Shown here in pieces: positions 38,419 to 46,829 of a stretch of 64,000 nt of DNA. The position numbers and the translations under genes were made by a program. This DNA comes from Candidatus Altiarchaeota archaeon (GTDB lineage: Archaea; Altiarchaeota; Altiarchaeia; IMC4; QMZM01), in NCBI GenBank assembly GCA_038891095.1, contig JAWAEV010000001.1, positions 196,468 through 260,467 of the forward strand, in the 5' to 3' direction. The notes under the pieces were generated by a model. It saw nothing but the letters and a program-made list of their open reading frames with translations, made no database searches and was not told the DNA's origin. Position 1 is the first letter of the stretch. Each line of letters opens with the position of its first letter.

Positions 38419-39059
38419 CTTTTAAGTTTTAAATTCACAAGAACATGGTCTTTATCATATGGTTTTAAATCTATTATCTGCAGAACTTGAAACTTGCTTT
38501 TTAATTTATCTATTTCCTGATTGAAAATTTTTTTTGGTTCTTGAATTGAGTTTATGCTCCGAGCTTTTATTGCAAGCATTGCATATTCTGGCATAAAATA
38601 TTCGGAATTCTTAAGAAGAATTTCTGCTTGATTCTTTTGAGAGATATCCTGATAAAGTAGATCAACCAAAGAGACAAAAGTATATTGCTCTGGTTTATTT
38701 GCATCTGCGAAAATTGGAACCATATTCTTTCTTTTTTCACAAATTTGAACTAGTTCTTGCATCATCCTACTTGAAAATTCAACACAAAAAACAAAGCCTT
38801 TTGTTATGTCTGCTATATGGCTTGCTGTTGTGCCAGAGGATGCTCCAAGATAAAGGACATTTGTCCTTTTAGAAATTGGAAAAAATTTTAAACCATTTAA
38901 AATTCCTGCAGCGAGTTTACTTCTGTAAGGATCCCAAACTCTAAATTCTTTGCCATTCTTTCTCAACAGCTTTTCACCATAAACTCTAAAGCCAACTAAG
39001 GAATTTTCAGTTGCTATTTCTGAATTTAACCTAAAAACTCCTGGAAATATCTCCTTCAT
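38415..39059 (-). CDS. flpA: Fibrillarin rRNA/tRNA 2'-O-methyltransferase
   Basis: WDPYRSKLAA, VLYLGASSGTTASH, VEFS. Confidence 0.96.
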   Translation of the reverse strand: MKEIFPGVFRLNSEIATENSLVGFRVYGEKLLRKNGKEFRVWDPYRSKLAAGILNGLKFFPISKRTNVLYLGASSGTTASHIADITKGFVFCVEFSSRMMQELVQICEKRKNMVPIFADANKPEQYTFVSLVDLLYQDISQKNQAEILLKNSEYFMPEYAMLAIKARSINSIQEPKKIFNQEIDKLKSKFQVLQIIDLKPYDKDHVLVNLKLKR

Positions 39060-39108
39060 TTTCTTCTGTTCTATTATAAATTTAGTATTAACTGATTTAT
39101 CTTATAAA

Positions 39109-40086
39109 ATGTTCTTATTACCAAAAATTCCAGAACATAAAGAGCTGATAAACATTGCATTCAGAAAAGGTAGGCTCGCTGCAAATTCAATAAAAGGTAG
39201 TAAAAAACCAAAGTCAAAGGAAGTTAGAGCTAGGATTGCAGAGGAAGAGAGGATAAAAACCATAAGTAATTTTTTACAATCAAAATTTGAATGTATCTTG
39301 CAAAAATTTCCAAGATATGAAAAATTACCAAGGTTCTATCAACGCCTTTTAGATTTGAAAATTAGCAAAGATGATTATAAGAGAACACTTGGTGCTTTGA
39401 AGTGGTGCTCAAAAATTGTGAGAAATTTAGAAAAGGAAAAAATTTCTGAGATAAAAAAGGGGAAAAATTTAAATGCAAGTAGGGAGTTTCTTGGTAGAGT
39501 CTCATCTGTTTTAAAACAAATTTCTGATGACCTAAAAAATTTGAATGAAATGCGAAAATTAATTGAAAATTTTCCTGTTGTTGAGGATATTGAAACATTA
39601 GTTATTGCAGGTTATGCAAATGTTGGAAAGTCAACCTTCCTGAGAAATTTAACTGGTTCAAAAGTTAAAGTTGCACCCTATCCTTTCACAACAAAAGATA
39701 TTTTAGTGGCATATAAAAATTTTAAGTATGAAAAATATCAGATAATTGATACTCCTGGTCTACTTGATAGGCCTATTGAGAAGAGAAATAAAATTGAAAT
39801 GCAAGCAATTTTAGCTTTAGAAGAATTAGCTAATAAAGTACTCTTTATTTTTGATCCAACAATTGAAATAGAAAAACAAATTTCTCTTTATGGAAATGTG
39901 AAAAAAATTTTAAAGAATGTAGAAATTCTTGCAGTTATTAATAAGAAGGATATTTCTGAGCGAGATGAAATTGAAAAATTTAAAAATAGGTTGAAAAATT
40001 TTGACATTTCAATACTTGACGATATCTCTGCAAATAATAAAAAAGATTGTGAAAGAATTTTTATGAAAATTTTTGAGTTAAATTGA
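39109..40086 (+). CDS. NOG1 family GTPase
   Basis: GYANVGKS, PYPFTTK, DTPGLLDRP, NKKD. Confidence 0.93.
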   Translation: MFLLPKIPEHKELINIAFRKGRLAANSIKGSKKPKSKEVRARIAEEERIKTISNFLQSKFECILQKFPRYEKLPRFYQRLLDLKISKDDYKRTLGALKWCSKIVRNLEKEKISEIKKGKNLNASREFLGRVSSVLKQISDDLKNLNEMRKLIENFPVVEDIETLVIAGYANVGKSTFLRNLTGSKVKVAPYPFTTKDILVAYKNFKYEKYQIIDTPGLLDRPIEKRNKIEMQAILALEELANKVLFIFDPTIEIEKQISLYGNVKKILKNVEILAVINKKDISERDEIEKFKNRLKNFDISILDDISANNKKDCERIFMKIFELN

Positions 40087-40088
40087 AT

Positions 40089-41375
40089 ATGACAAGGGTT
40101 AGCATTCTTACATATGGTTGTTCGATGAACAAAGCAGACTCTGAAATAATTTCAGGAATGCTTAAAAGGCAAGGTATTCGAATAGTAAATGACTCGGAGA
40201 TAGTTATTGTGAATACATGCGCAGTTAAAACACCAACAGAGAGGAAAATTTTGAAAAAGTTAAGAGAGCTTGAGAAATCTAAAAAGAAGGTTATTGTTGT
40301 TGGTTGTCTACCTATAGCACAACCAGAAATATCAGAAAAGTTCAAAAAATTTTCATTCATTGGAGCAAATTTTTCTGATATTCCAATAGCAATAAATTAT
40401 GCTATTAAAGGAAAAAAATTTGTAGAAATTTCAAATGAAAGAGAAATTGAATTTGAAACTAAGCTCAGAAGCAACAAGTTTGTTGAGATAACACCAATAG
40501 CACAAGGATGCTTAGGTAGTTGTTCATATTGCATAACAAAAATTTCTCGAGGAAAATTAAAGTCAATTCCAGAGGAAAAAATTTTGAAGCATATTGAAAA
40601 TGCACTAAAAGAGAATGTAAAGGAAATTTGGCTTACTGCTCAGGATACTGGAGCTTACGGATTTGACATTGGCACAAATTTACCAAATTTAGTTAGAGAA
40701 ATAACTAAGCTAAATGGGAAATTCTTTATTCGCATAGGAATGATGAATCCCGAAAATGCAAAGAAAATTTTAGACGAACTAATTGAAATTTATAAAAGTG
40801 AAAAAGTCTACAAATTTTTTCACTTGCCAGTGCAATCAGGCGACGATGAAATTCTTGAGAAAATGCAAAGAAACTATACTGTTGAAGATTTCAAAAAAAT
40901 TTTATATAAATTAAGAGAAGAAATTCCTGAGATTACAATTTCGACTGATATAATAGTTGGCTTTCCTACTGAAAGTGAAGAACAATTTCAAAATACTTTA
41001 AAGTTGATAGGGGAGATTAAACCAGATGTTCTTAACATTTCAAGATTTTGGCCAAGACCAAAAACCATGGCAGCTAAAATGACACAATTACCTGGAAGAG
41101 AAACAAAAAGAAGATCAAGAATTGCTACTGAGCTTTTCAAAAAAATTGGTTTAGAAAGAAACAAAAGATGGATTTCATGGCAAGGTGAAGCTCTAATTTC
41201 TGAGTATGATAAAAAAACAAACACTTATACAGCAAGAAATTTTGCTTATAAACCAATAATTTTGAAGTCAAGGGAAAATTTACTTGGAGAATTTGTTAGA
41301 GTAAAGGTAAAGGAAGCAACATGCTATGATTTAAGAGCTGAAGTTCTAAGAGCTACTACCAATGCCAATAAGTGA
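40089..41375 (+). CDS. mtaB: tRNA t6A methylthiotransferase (archaeal MtaB-type)
   Basis: TYGCSMN, NTCAVK, GCLGSCSYC radical SAM, R.GMMNP, TRAM tail. Confidence 0.88.
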   Translation: MTRVSILTYGCSMNKADSEIISGMLKRQGIRIVNDSEIVIVNTCAVKTPTERKILKKLRELEKSKKKVIVVGCLPIAQPEISEKFKKFSFIGANFSDIPIAINYAIKGKKFVEISNEREIEFETKLRSNKFVEITPIAQGCLGSCSYCITKISRGKLKSIPEEKILKHIENALKENVKEIWLTAQDTGAYGFDIGTNLPNLVREITKLNGKFFIRIGMMNPENAKKILDELIEIYKSEKVYKFFHLPVQSGDDEILEKMQRNYTVEDFKKILYKLREEIPEITISTDIIVGFPTESEEQFQNTLKLIGEIKPDVLNISRFWPRPKTMAAKMTQLPGRETKRRSRIATELFKKIGLERNKRWISWQGEALISEYDKKTNTYTARNFAYKPIILKSRENLLGEFVRVKVKEATCYDLRAEVLRATTNANK

Positions 41376-41702
41376 AACTCCAAGAATTATCAAAGCAATG
41401 CCAAGCCACTTTTCTTTGCTCATTTTCTCATTTAGGAATTTTACAGAAAGAAAACAAACGATAACATAACCCAAAGAAACAACAGGATATAAAACAGAAA
41501 GTTCTCCACCTTTAAGTGCATTTACATAAAAAATAACTGAGATTCCATAGAGAATTGCACCTTTTATCAATTCAAAATTTTTTAGGATATCAAAAAATTT
41601 TCTTGAGAGTTTTTCTGAACCAATTTTAAAGTACAAAGATGCAAATGCTCCTAATAGTATTGCTATGAACAAATATGTTAATGTTGACAAAATTTCAACC
41701 AT
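41346..41702 (-). CDS. Small EamA/SMR transporter (ArnE/F-like flippase subunit)
   Basis: 4 TM helices, ALKGGELSVLYP. Confidence 0.75.
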   Translation of the reverse strand: MVEILSTLTYLFIAILLGAFASLYFKIGSEKLSRKFFDILKNFELIKGAILYGISVIFYVNALKGGELSVLYPVVSLGYVIVCFLSVKFLNEKMSKEKWLGIALIILGVSLIGIGSSS

Positions 41703-42051
41703 TTTGACTTCCTTTAGCAATAAATGAAACTCCTAAAATTATGAGAAGAATCCCGAACCATTTAATTGCATTCATTTCATCTGAAGGAAAAAAATATGGA
41801 GAGGCTAAAGATACCCAAACATAACTTAATGAGTAAATTGGATAGAGAATTGAAAGCTCACCATATTTTAAAGCTATTATAAGCAAAATTGCTCCAAAAA
41901 TATAAAAGGAAACGCCTATGATAAATTCTGTATTTAAAAAAAATGGTGATAAAAATAAACTCCTTGATGAAAATTTAAATAGAATTTGTCCAGCAGCAGT
42001 AAACAATGTGCTAAAAAATACAATTGCAATTGCAAGAGGTTTAGTTTTCAT
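41695..42051 (-). CDS. Small EamA/SMR transporter (ArnE/F-like flippase subunit)
   Basis: 4 TM helices, GQILFK, ALKYGELSILYP; paralog of the neighbour. Confidence 0.75.
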   Translation of the reverse strand: MKTKPLAIAIVFFSTLFTAAGQILFKFSSRSLFLSPFFLNTEFIIGVSFYIFGAILLIIALKYGELSILYPIYSLSYVWVSLASPYFFPSDEMNAIKWFGILLIILGVSFIAKGSQNG

Positions 42052-42108
42052 TTTAATGTAAAGGTATATGTCTTTGATGTTTTTATATAGCAACAACCAG
42101 ATGGAGTG

Positions 42109-42828
42109 CTAATTCCTTAAAAAATTAAATCTTATTTTTAATGCTATTAAAATGAACCTCATTATATCAAGGGGGGATAATTTCGATTTACCCTTATAGC
42201 GATCTCTGAAAACTATTGGAACCTCAGAAATTTTAAAGCCTTCTCTTTTAACTCTCGCTAAAATTTCCAGCTGGAATTCATAACCAGAAGACTCTATCTT
42301 TTCAAGTTTAATCCTATCAAAAATTCTTCTGTGATATGCTCTATAACCAGAGGATATATCACTGAGATCGATTCCTGCTATATATCTTCCAAAAAAATTT
42401 CCTGTAATAGAAATGAACTTTCTCAGCTTGCTTTTTGTGGCAAATCTACCATGATTAATTCTTCGTGAGCCTATTACCATGTCATATCCGGAATTAATTT
42501 TTTCTAAAAATTTTGGAATATCTTCAGGCTTATGAGAAAGGTCTGCATCCATTTGAAATATAATATCAGCATTACTTTTAATTGCATTTTTAAAGCCTTC
42601 AATATATGCTGAACCAAGCCCAAGTTTTCTTTTTCTTTCAATAAGAATTACTGAAAATTTATTTTGCAATTTTTTAACTTCTTTTGCAGTTCCATCATCT
42701 GAGGAGTCATCAATAACAATAACTTCGCCATTAATCTTTTCTTTATTAAAAATTTTGAAAATCTTTTGAATTAACAATTTTATATTTTCTCTTTCGTTAT
42801 ATGTTGGCACTACTACTGCAATTTTCAT
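42109..42828 (-). CDS. GT2 polyprenol-phosphate sugar synthase (DPM1-like)
   Basis: PTYNERENI, DDSSDDGT, GLGSAY, MDADLSH. Confidence 0.9.
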   Translation of the reverse strand: MKIAVVVPTYNERENIKLLIQKIFKIFNKEKINGEVIVIDDSSDDGTAKEVKKLQNKFSVILIERKRKLGLGSAYIEGFKNAIKSNADIIFQMDADLSHKPEDIPKFLEKINSGYDMVIGSRRINHGRFATKSKLRKFISITGNFFGRYIAGIDLSDISSGYRAYHRRIFDRIKLEKIESSGYEFQLEILARVKREGFKISEVPIVFRDRYKGKSKLSPLDIMRFILIALKIRFNFLRN

Positions 42829-42872
42829 AATATTAAATCATAATGCTAATATGTTAAAAACATCTTAAAATA

Positions 42873-43553
42873 ATGGAAAATTCAATTTCTGTTATATTGC
42901 CAGCATATAATGAAGAAAAAAATATAAGAAAGGCTGTTGAAAATGCAATTTCTGCACTTGAAAAAATTTCAAAAGATTATGAAGTTATAGTTGTGGATGA
43001 TGGCAGTAAAGATAAAACTGGAAAAATTGCTGACTCTCTTAAGAGTGAAAAAGTTAAGGTGATACACCATGAGAAAAATATGGGCTATGCATCTGCTCTA
43101 AAAACAGGATTTAAAAATGCAGAAAAGGAGCTAATTTTCTTTACAGATGCGGACAATCAATTTGATTTAAATGAATTGAAAAAATTTGTTCCATTAAGTA
43201 AGTACTATGATGTTGTAATTGGCTATAGACTTAATAGGAATGACCCATTGCACAGATTAATAATTTCAAGATGCTATAATTTTCTTATAAGAGCTTTATT
43301 TGGTATTAAAGTTAGGGACATTGACTGTGCATTTAAACTTTTCAGAAAAGAGATTATAAAACATATAGAGATAAAACACAAGGGATGGCTTATAAACACT
43401 GAATTAATGGTAAAAATATTAAAAAAGGGTTATAAATTTAAAGAAGTTCCGGTAATGCATTATCCAAGAACTGAGGGCAAAACAACTGTAAGCTTTAAGA
43501 GCATAATTGAAACTTTTTTTGGACTTATAAGACTTAAAATTGAGTTAATATGA
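42873..43553 (+). CDS. GT2 glycosyltransferase (polyprenol-phosphate type)
   Basis: LPAYNEE, DDGSKD, TDADNQF, DIDCAFK. Confidence 0.9.
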   Translation: MENSISVILPAYNEEKNIRKAVENAISALEKISKDYEVIVVDDGSKDKTGKIADSLKSEKVKVIHHEKNMGYASALKTGFKNAEKELIFFTDADNQFDLNELKKFVPLSKYYDVVIGYRLNRNDPLHRLIISRCYNFLIRALFGIKVRDIDCAFKLFRKEIIKHIEIKHKGWLINTELMVKILKKGYKFKEVPVMHYPRTEGKTTVSFKSIIETFFGLIRLKIELI

Positions 43554-44857
43554 AAATTGCTATTATTGGATCAGGGATAACTGGTCTAACCTCTGGTTAT
43601 AGACTTGTAAAAAAAGGTGCTTCAGTTAAAATTTTTGAAAAAGAAGAAGAAATTGGTGGCTTATTAAGCTCATTTAAATTTCAAAATTTTTATTTGGAGA
43701 GGTATTATCATCACTTCTTTAAGTGCGATTCTGAACTTATAAAGCTAATTGAAGAACTTGGGCTTAAAAGTAAAGTTATATGGAAAGAAACAAAAATGGG
43801 TTTTTTTGTTGATAATGAGGTTTATCCATTTAGTACTCCCTTTGAGCTTTTGAAATTTAAACCAATTTCTTTTTTTGATAGAATAAAATTTGGATTGACA
43901 ATTTTATACTTGCAGAGGAAAAAAACATGGGAAGATCTTGAAAATATTACAGCAAAAGAATGGTTGGAAAAATTTTCTGGAAAAAAAACATATGAACTAC
44001 TATGGAAACCATTACTAAAAATTAAATTTGGTAGCAAATTTGCTGAAAAAATATCTGCTGCATGGATCTGGGGTAGAGTTAATCCAAGAGCAAAATCAAG
44101 ATCTAAAGGCCTTATGAAAGAAGAACTTGGTTATTTGAAAGGAGGTTTTAAATTTTTCTTAGAGAAAATTGAGAATGAAATAGAAAAAGAAAATGGTGAA
44201 ATATTGAAAAACAAAGAAGTGAAAAAAATTGAATTTAAGAAAGATAAAGTGAGAGTTTTTTCAGGGGGTAATGAATATGAATTTGATAAAGTTATTTTTA
44301 CAGCACCTAATCCAGTACTATTAAACTTAACTAAATTAGAAAAAAAATTTAAAGAGAAATTACAGAAGGTAAAGTATCAAAGTGTTATATGCGCAACATT
44401 CTTATTGAGAGAAAGTTTAAGCGATATCTACTGGCTTAACATTTCTGATGAGAAAATCCCATTTGGAGGAGTTATAGAACATACAAATTTTATTCCTAAG
44501 GAAAATTACAATAACTTTTCTGTTGTTTATGTTTTCAATTATATTCAAAAAGAAAGCAGACTTTATAACCTAACAGATGATAGAATAGCTAAAATTTATA
44601 AAAAAGGGTTAAAGAAAATTTTTCCAAATTTTAATGAAAAAATTATTGAGAATGTTTTTATCCATAGGAATGAATATGCAACCCCGATATATGTGAAGAA
44701 TTACTCAAAAATTAAACCAAATTTTTCTACTCCAATAAAAAATTTATTCTTAGCAAATACCTCTATGATTTATCCGTTTGATAGAAATGTTAACAATTCT
44801 GTAAAATTAGGAAATGAAATTGCTGAAATTTGTTTTAATAGTAAATGTCATTCCTGA
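43550..44857 (+). CDS. FAD-dependent oxidoreductase (amine oxidase/HemY-like fold)
   Basis: IIGSGITGL..G, E..IGGL, ERYYHH; coupled to the GT2 gene. Confidence 0.82.
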   Translation: MKIAIIGSGITGLTSGYRLVKKGASVKIFEKEEEIGGLLSSFKFQNFYLERYYHHFFKCDSELIKLIEELGLKSKVIWKETKMGFFVDNEVYPFSTPFELLKFKPISFFDRIKFGLTILYLQRKKTWEDLENITAKEWLEKFSGKKTYELLWKPLLKIKFGSKFAEKISAAWIWGRVNPRAKSRSKGLMKEELGYLKGGFKFFLEKIENEIEKENGEILKNKEVKKIEFKKDKVRVFSGGNEYEFDKVIFTAPNPVLLNLTKLEKKFKEKLQKVKYQSVICATFLLRESLSDIYWLNISDEKIPFGGVIEHTNFIPKENYNNFSVVYVFNYIQKESRLYNLTDDRIAKIYKKGLKKIFPNFNEKIIENVFIHRNEYATPIYVKNYSKIKPNFSTPIKNLFLANTSMIYPFDRNVNNSVKLGNEIAEICFNSKCHS

Positions 44858-46829
44858 AATAAACTGCTAAATTTACAGTAGGCCTTAAGAGATATTTTTT
44901 CATAACATAACCTTCTCTACTCTCTAAAACTTGACCATCATTTTCTGAGAGAATTATTATTGGAGCATTAAAGCGTTCAATTTTATTACCAATCTCAAAG
45001 TCTCCATTTGGAATCAAATTTTCAGTTTTTCCTTTTTCTCTAAGAACTAAATCATCAAAGAAAATTTCTCCTTTTGCTTTTCCCCAATTTGCTAAAACGC
45101 ATGAAATCCAAACAGCGTTCTCATCTTCTGGCAGGAAAAATTCAAATTTTACTTCTGTCCAATTATTTGTTCCTAAGAGGGGATAATTCTCCTTAATTAT
45201 AAATCCCGGCGGGGCTTCACCTTTATCGCTCCTTATATGAATTTGGGCTACTTTTTCAACTTCACCAACTTTAGAAATGTTATTTGTTTTTATCCAACCA
45301 CTAAATTCATAATATTTACCACCATCAACTGGAACTCTTTGCCAGAAATTTGCATTTGCTCCTGTAAGAGAAGAAATTTTCATACTTTTACTGCCACTCT
45401 TTTTCTCAGAAGATGTCCATGAAATCACAGCATCGCCTTCCCAGTTGAAGCCCAACCAATTTTCTGGAACATTTACTTTTTCATTATAAAAACGAACATT
45501 TTTATAATCTCTCAAATACCATGAAAGCGGATACTCTGTCTGAGGAATTGAAATATCAATTTCTATCATTTTTCCTTGAGGAGCTCTCTCAGAGATTCTT
45601 TCAATTTCTTTTAACAATTGCTTAATATCGTCAACCGTCTGAACAAAAACCATTTTGTTCTCTGGCTCATTGTTATAGTTTACAAAATTTGTAATGATTG
45701 AATTTTGGAGTATATAAATAGAAGAAAGAAGTAAGACTAAGTATGTAATTATGAAAAAGTAAATTTTCGCTTTCTTTCTAAATTTATCAATCTTCTCAGA
45801 AAGAAAATCAAAGAAAATCCCGGATGTTAAAATTAGTGGGAATGAGATATTAACAACCATATTTGACATTTTGTATGGTATGTAATGATAAATTGCTATT
45901 GATGTTAATGCAAAGTAAGCGAAAAATCTATGCACTGGCTTCCTTGTAAATATTGTTAAAAAAATTCCCAAAACTCCGAAAATTAATATTGGTAATTCAA
46001 ACTGCATCAAAATTTCAAAATAAAATGTTAATGGTTTATAATAACCTTGACCTGTCTCAATTCTATGAATCCAGTTTGTTATTGGCTTTTTAATTGCTAC
46101 TTCAAGATTATTAAAATTTCTGAAAAAAGAGGTAAAGAGTAAAGTGAATATGAAAATGAAAATTATAATGCAAGAAAAAATTGTCTCTAAATTTTTCTTT
46201 TTTGATATTTCTAAAATTTTATTGTTTGCTTTTCTTTTGTTTTTTATTAGAAGATAGAGAAATTCAAGGAGGAGATAGGAAAAGAAAATAGCAAAAGTTA
46301 TGTAGGCGCTTTCCTTCACAGTAAAGAGAAATGATAAACTTGCTGCTGTTGAATAAGCATAAATTTTTTTCTTTTTTCTAATAAAGAGGAGAAATGAAAC
46401 AATTGTCGCAAATGTAAAGAAAATGAAATAAGAGTCATGTAATGCAAATCTCGAAAAGTATACTAATGATGGTGAAATTGCAAGAAATGCCGAAACTGCA
46501 AGAAAAGAAACTCTTGAGAACTCCTTCCTTATTGGATACATTAAAAAAATTGAAAAAACTCCAAAAATTGCTTCTGTTATTCTAAGGGTGATGTCATTAA
46601 TTCCAAAAAGGAAAAAGATTAACGCAGTTATATGAAAAAGGAAAGGTCCATGAAAATCAGGATTATAGTCATAAATTCCACCACGAAGAATATTTAAAAT
46701 ACCGTGAGCATAACCACCGCCCTCATCAAAGTGTGCAGGCCTTAGGTCAAGTTGATAAATCCTAAGAAATGCTCCAATAAATAAAATAGTAAAAAATAAA
46801 ATCTTTTCTGTTCTCTCACTAAATTCCAT
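44835..46829 (-). CDS. GT-C membrane protein (TIGR03663/Agl23-like) with inserted carbohydrate-binding module
   Basis: LR..L..RP.HFDEG, Y.YNP.FHGP, YFSRF..HD, KES, YPLSWYLR. Confidence 0.75.
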   Translation of the reverse strand: MEFSERTEKILFFTILFIGAFLRIYQLDLRPAHFDEGGGYAHGILNILRGGIYDYNPDFHGPFLFHITALIFFLFGINDITLRITEAIFGVFSIFLMYPIRKEFSRVSFLAVSAFLAISPSLVYFSRFALHDSYFIFFTFATIVSFLLFIRKKKKIYAYSTAASLSFLFTVKESAYITFAIFFSYLLLEFLYLLIKNKRKANNKILEISKKKNLETIFSCIIIFIFIFTLLFTSFFRNFNNLEVAIKKPITNWIHRIETGQGYYKPLTFYFEILMQFELPILIFGVLGIFLTIFTRKPVHRFFAYFALTSIAIYHYIPYKMSNMVVNISFPLILTSGIFFDFLSEKIDKFRKKAKIYFFIITYLVLLLSSIYILQNSIITNFVNYNNEPENKMVFVQTVDDIKQLLKEIERISERAPQGKMIEIDISIPQTEYPLSWYLRDYKNVRFYNEKVNVPENWLGFNWEGDAVISWTSSEKKSGSKSMKISSLTGANANFWQRVPVDGGKYYEFSGWIKTNNISKVGEVEKVAQIHIRSDKGEAPPGFIIKENYPLLGTNNWTEVKFEFFLPEDENAVWISCVLANWGKAKGEIFFDDLVLREKGKTENLIPNGDFEIGNKIERFNAPIIILSENDGQVLESREGYVMKKYLLRPTVNLAVYFRNDIYY

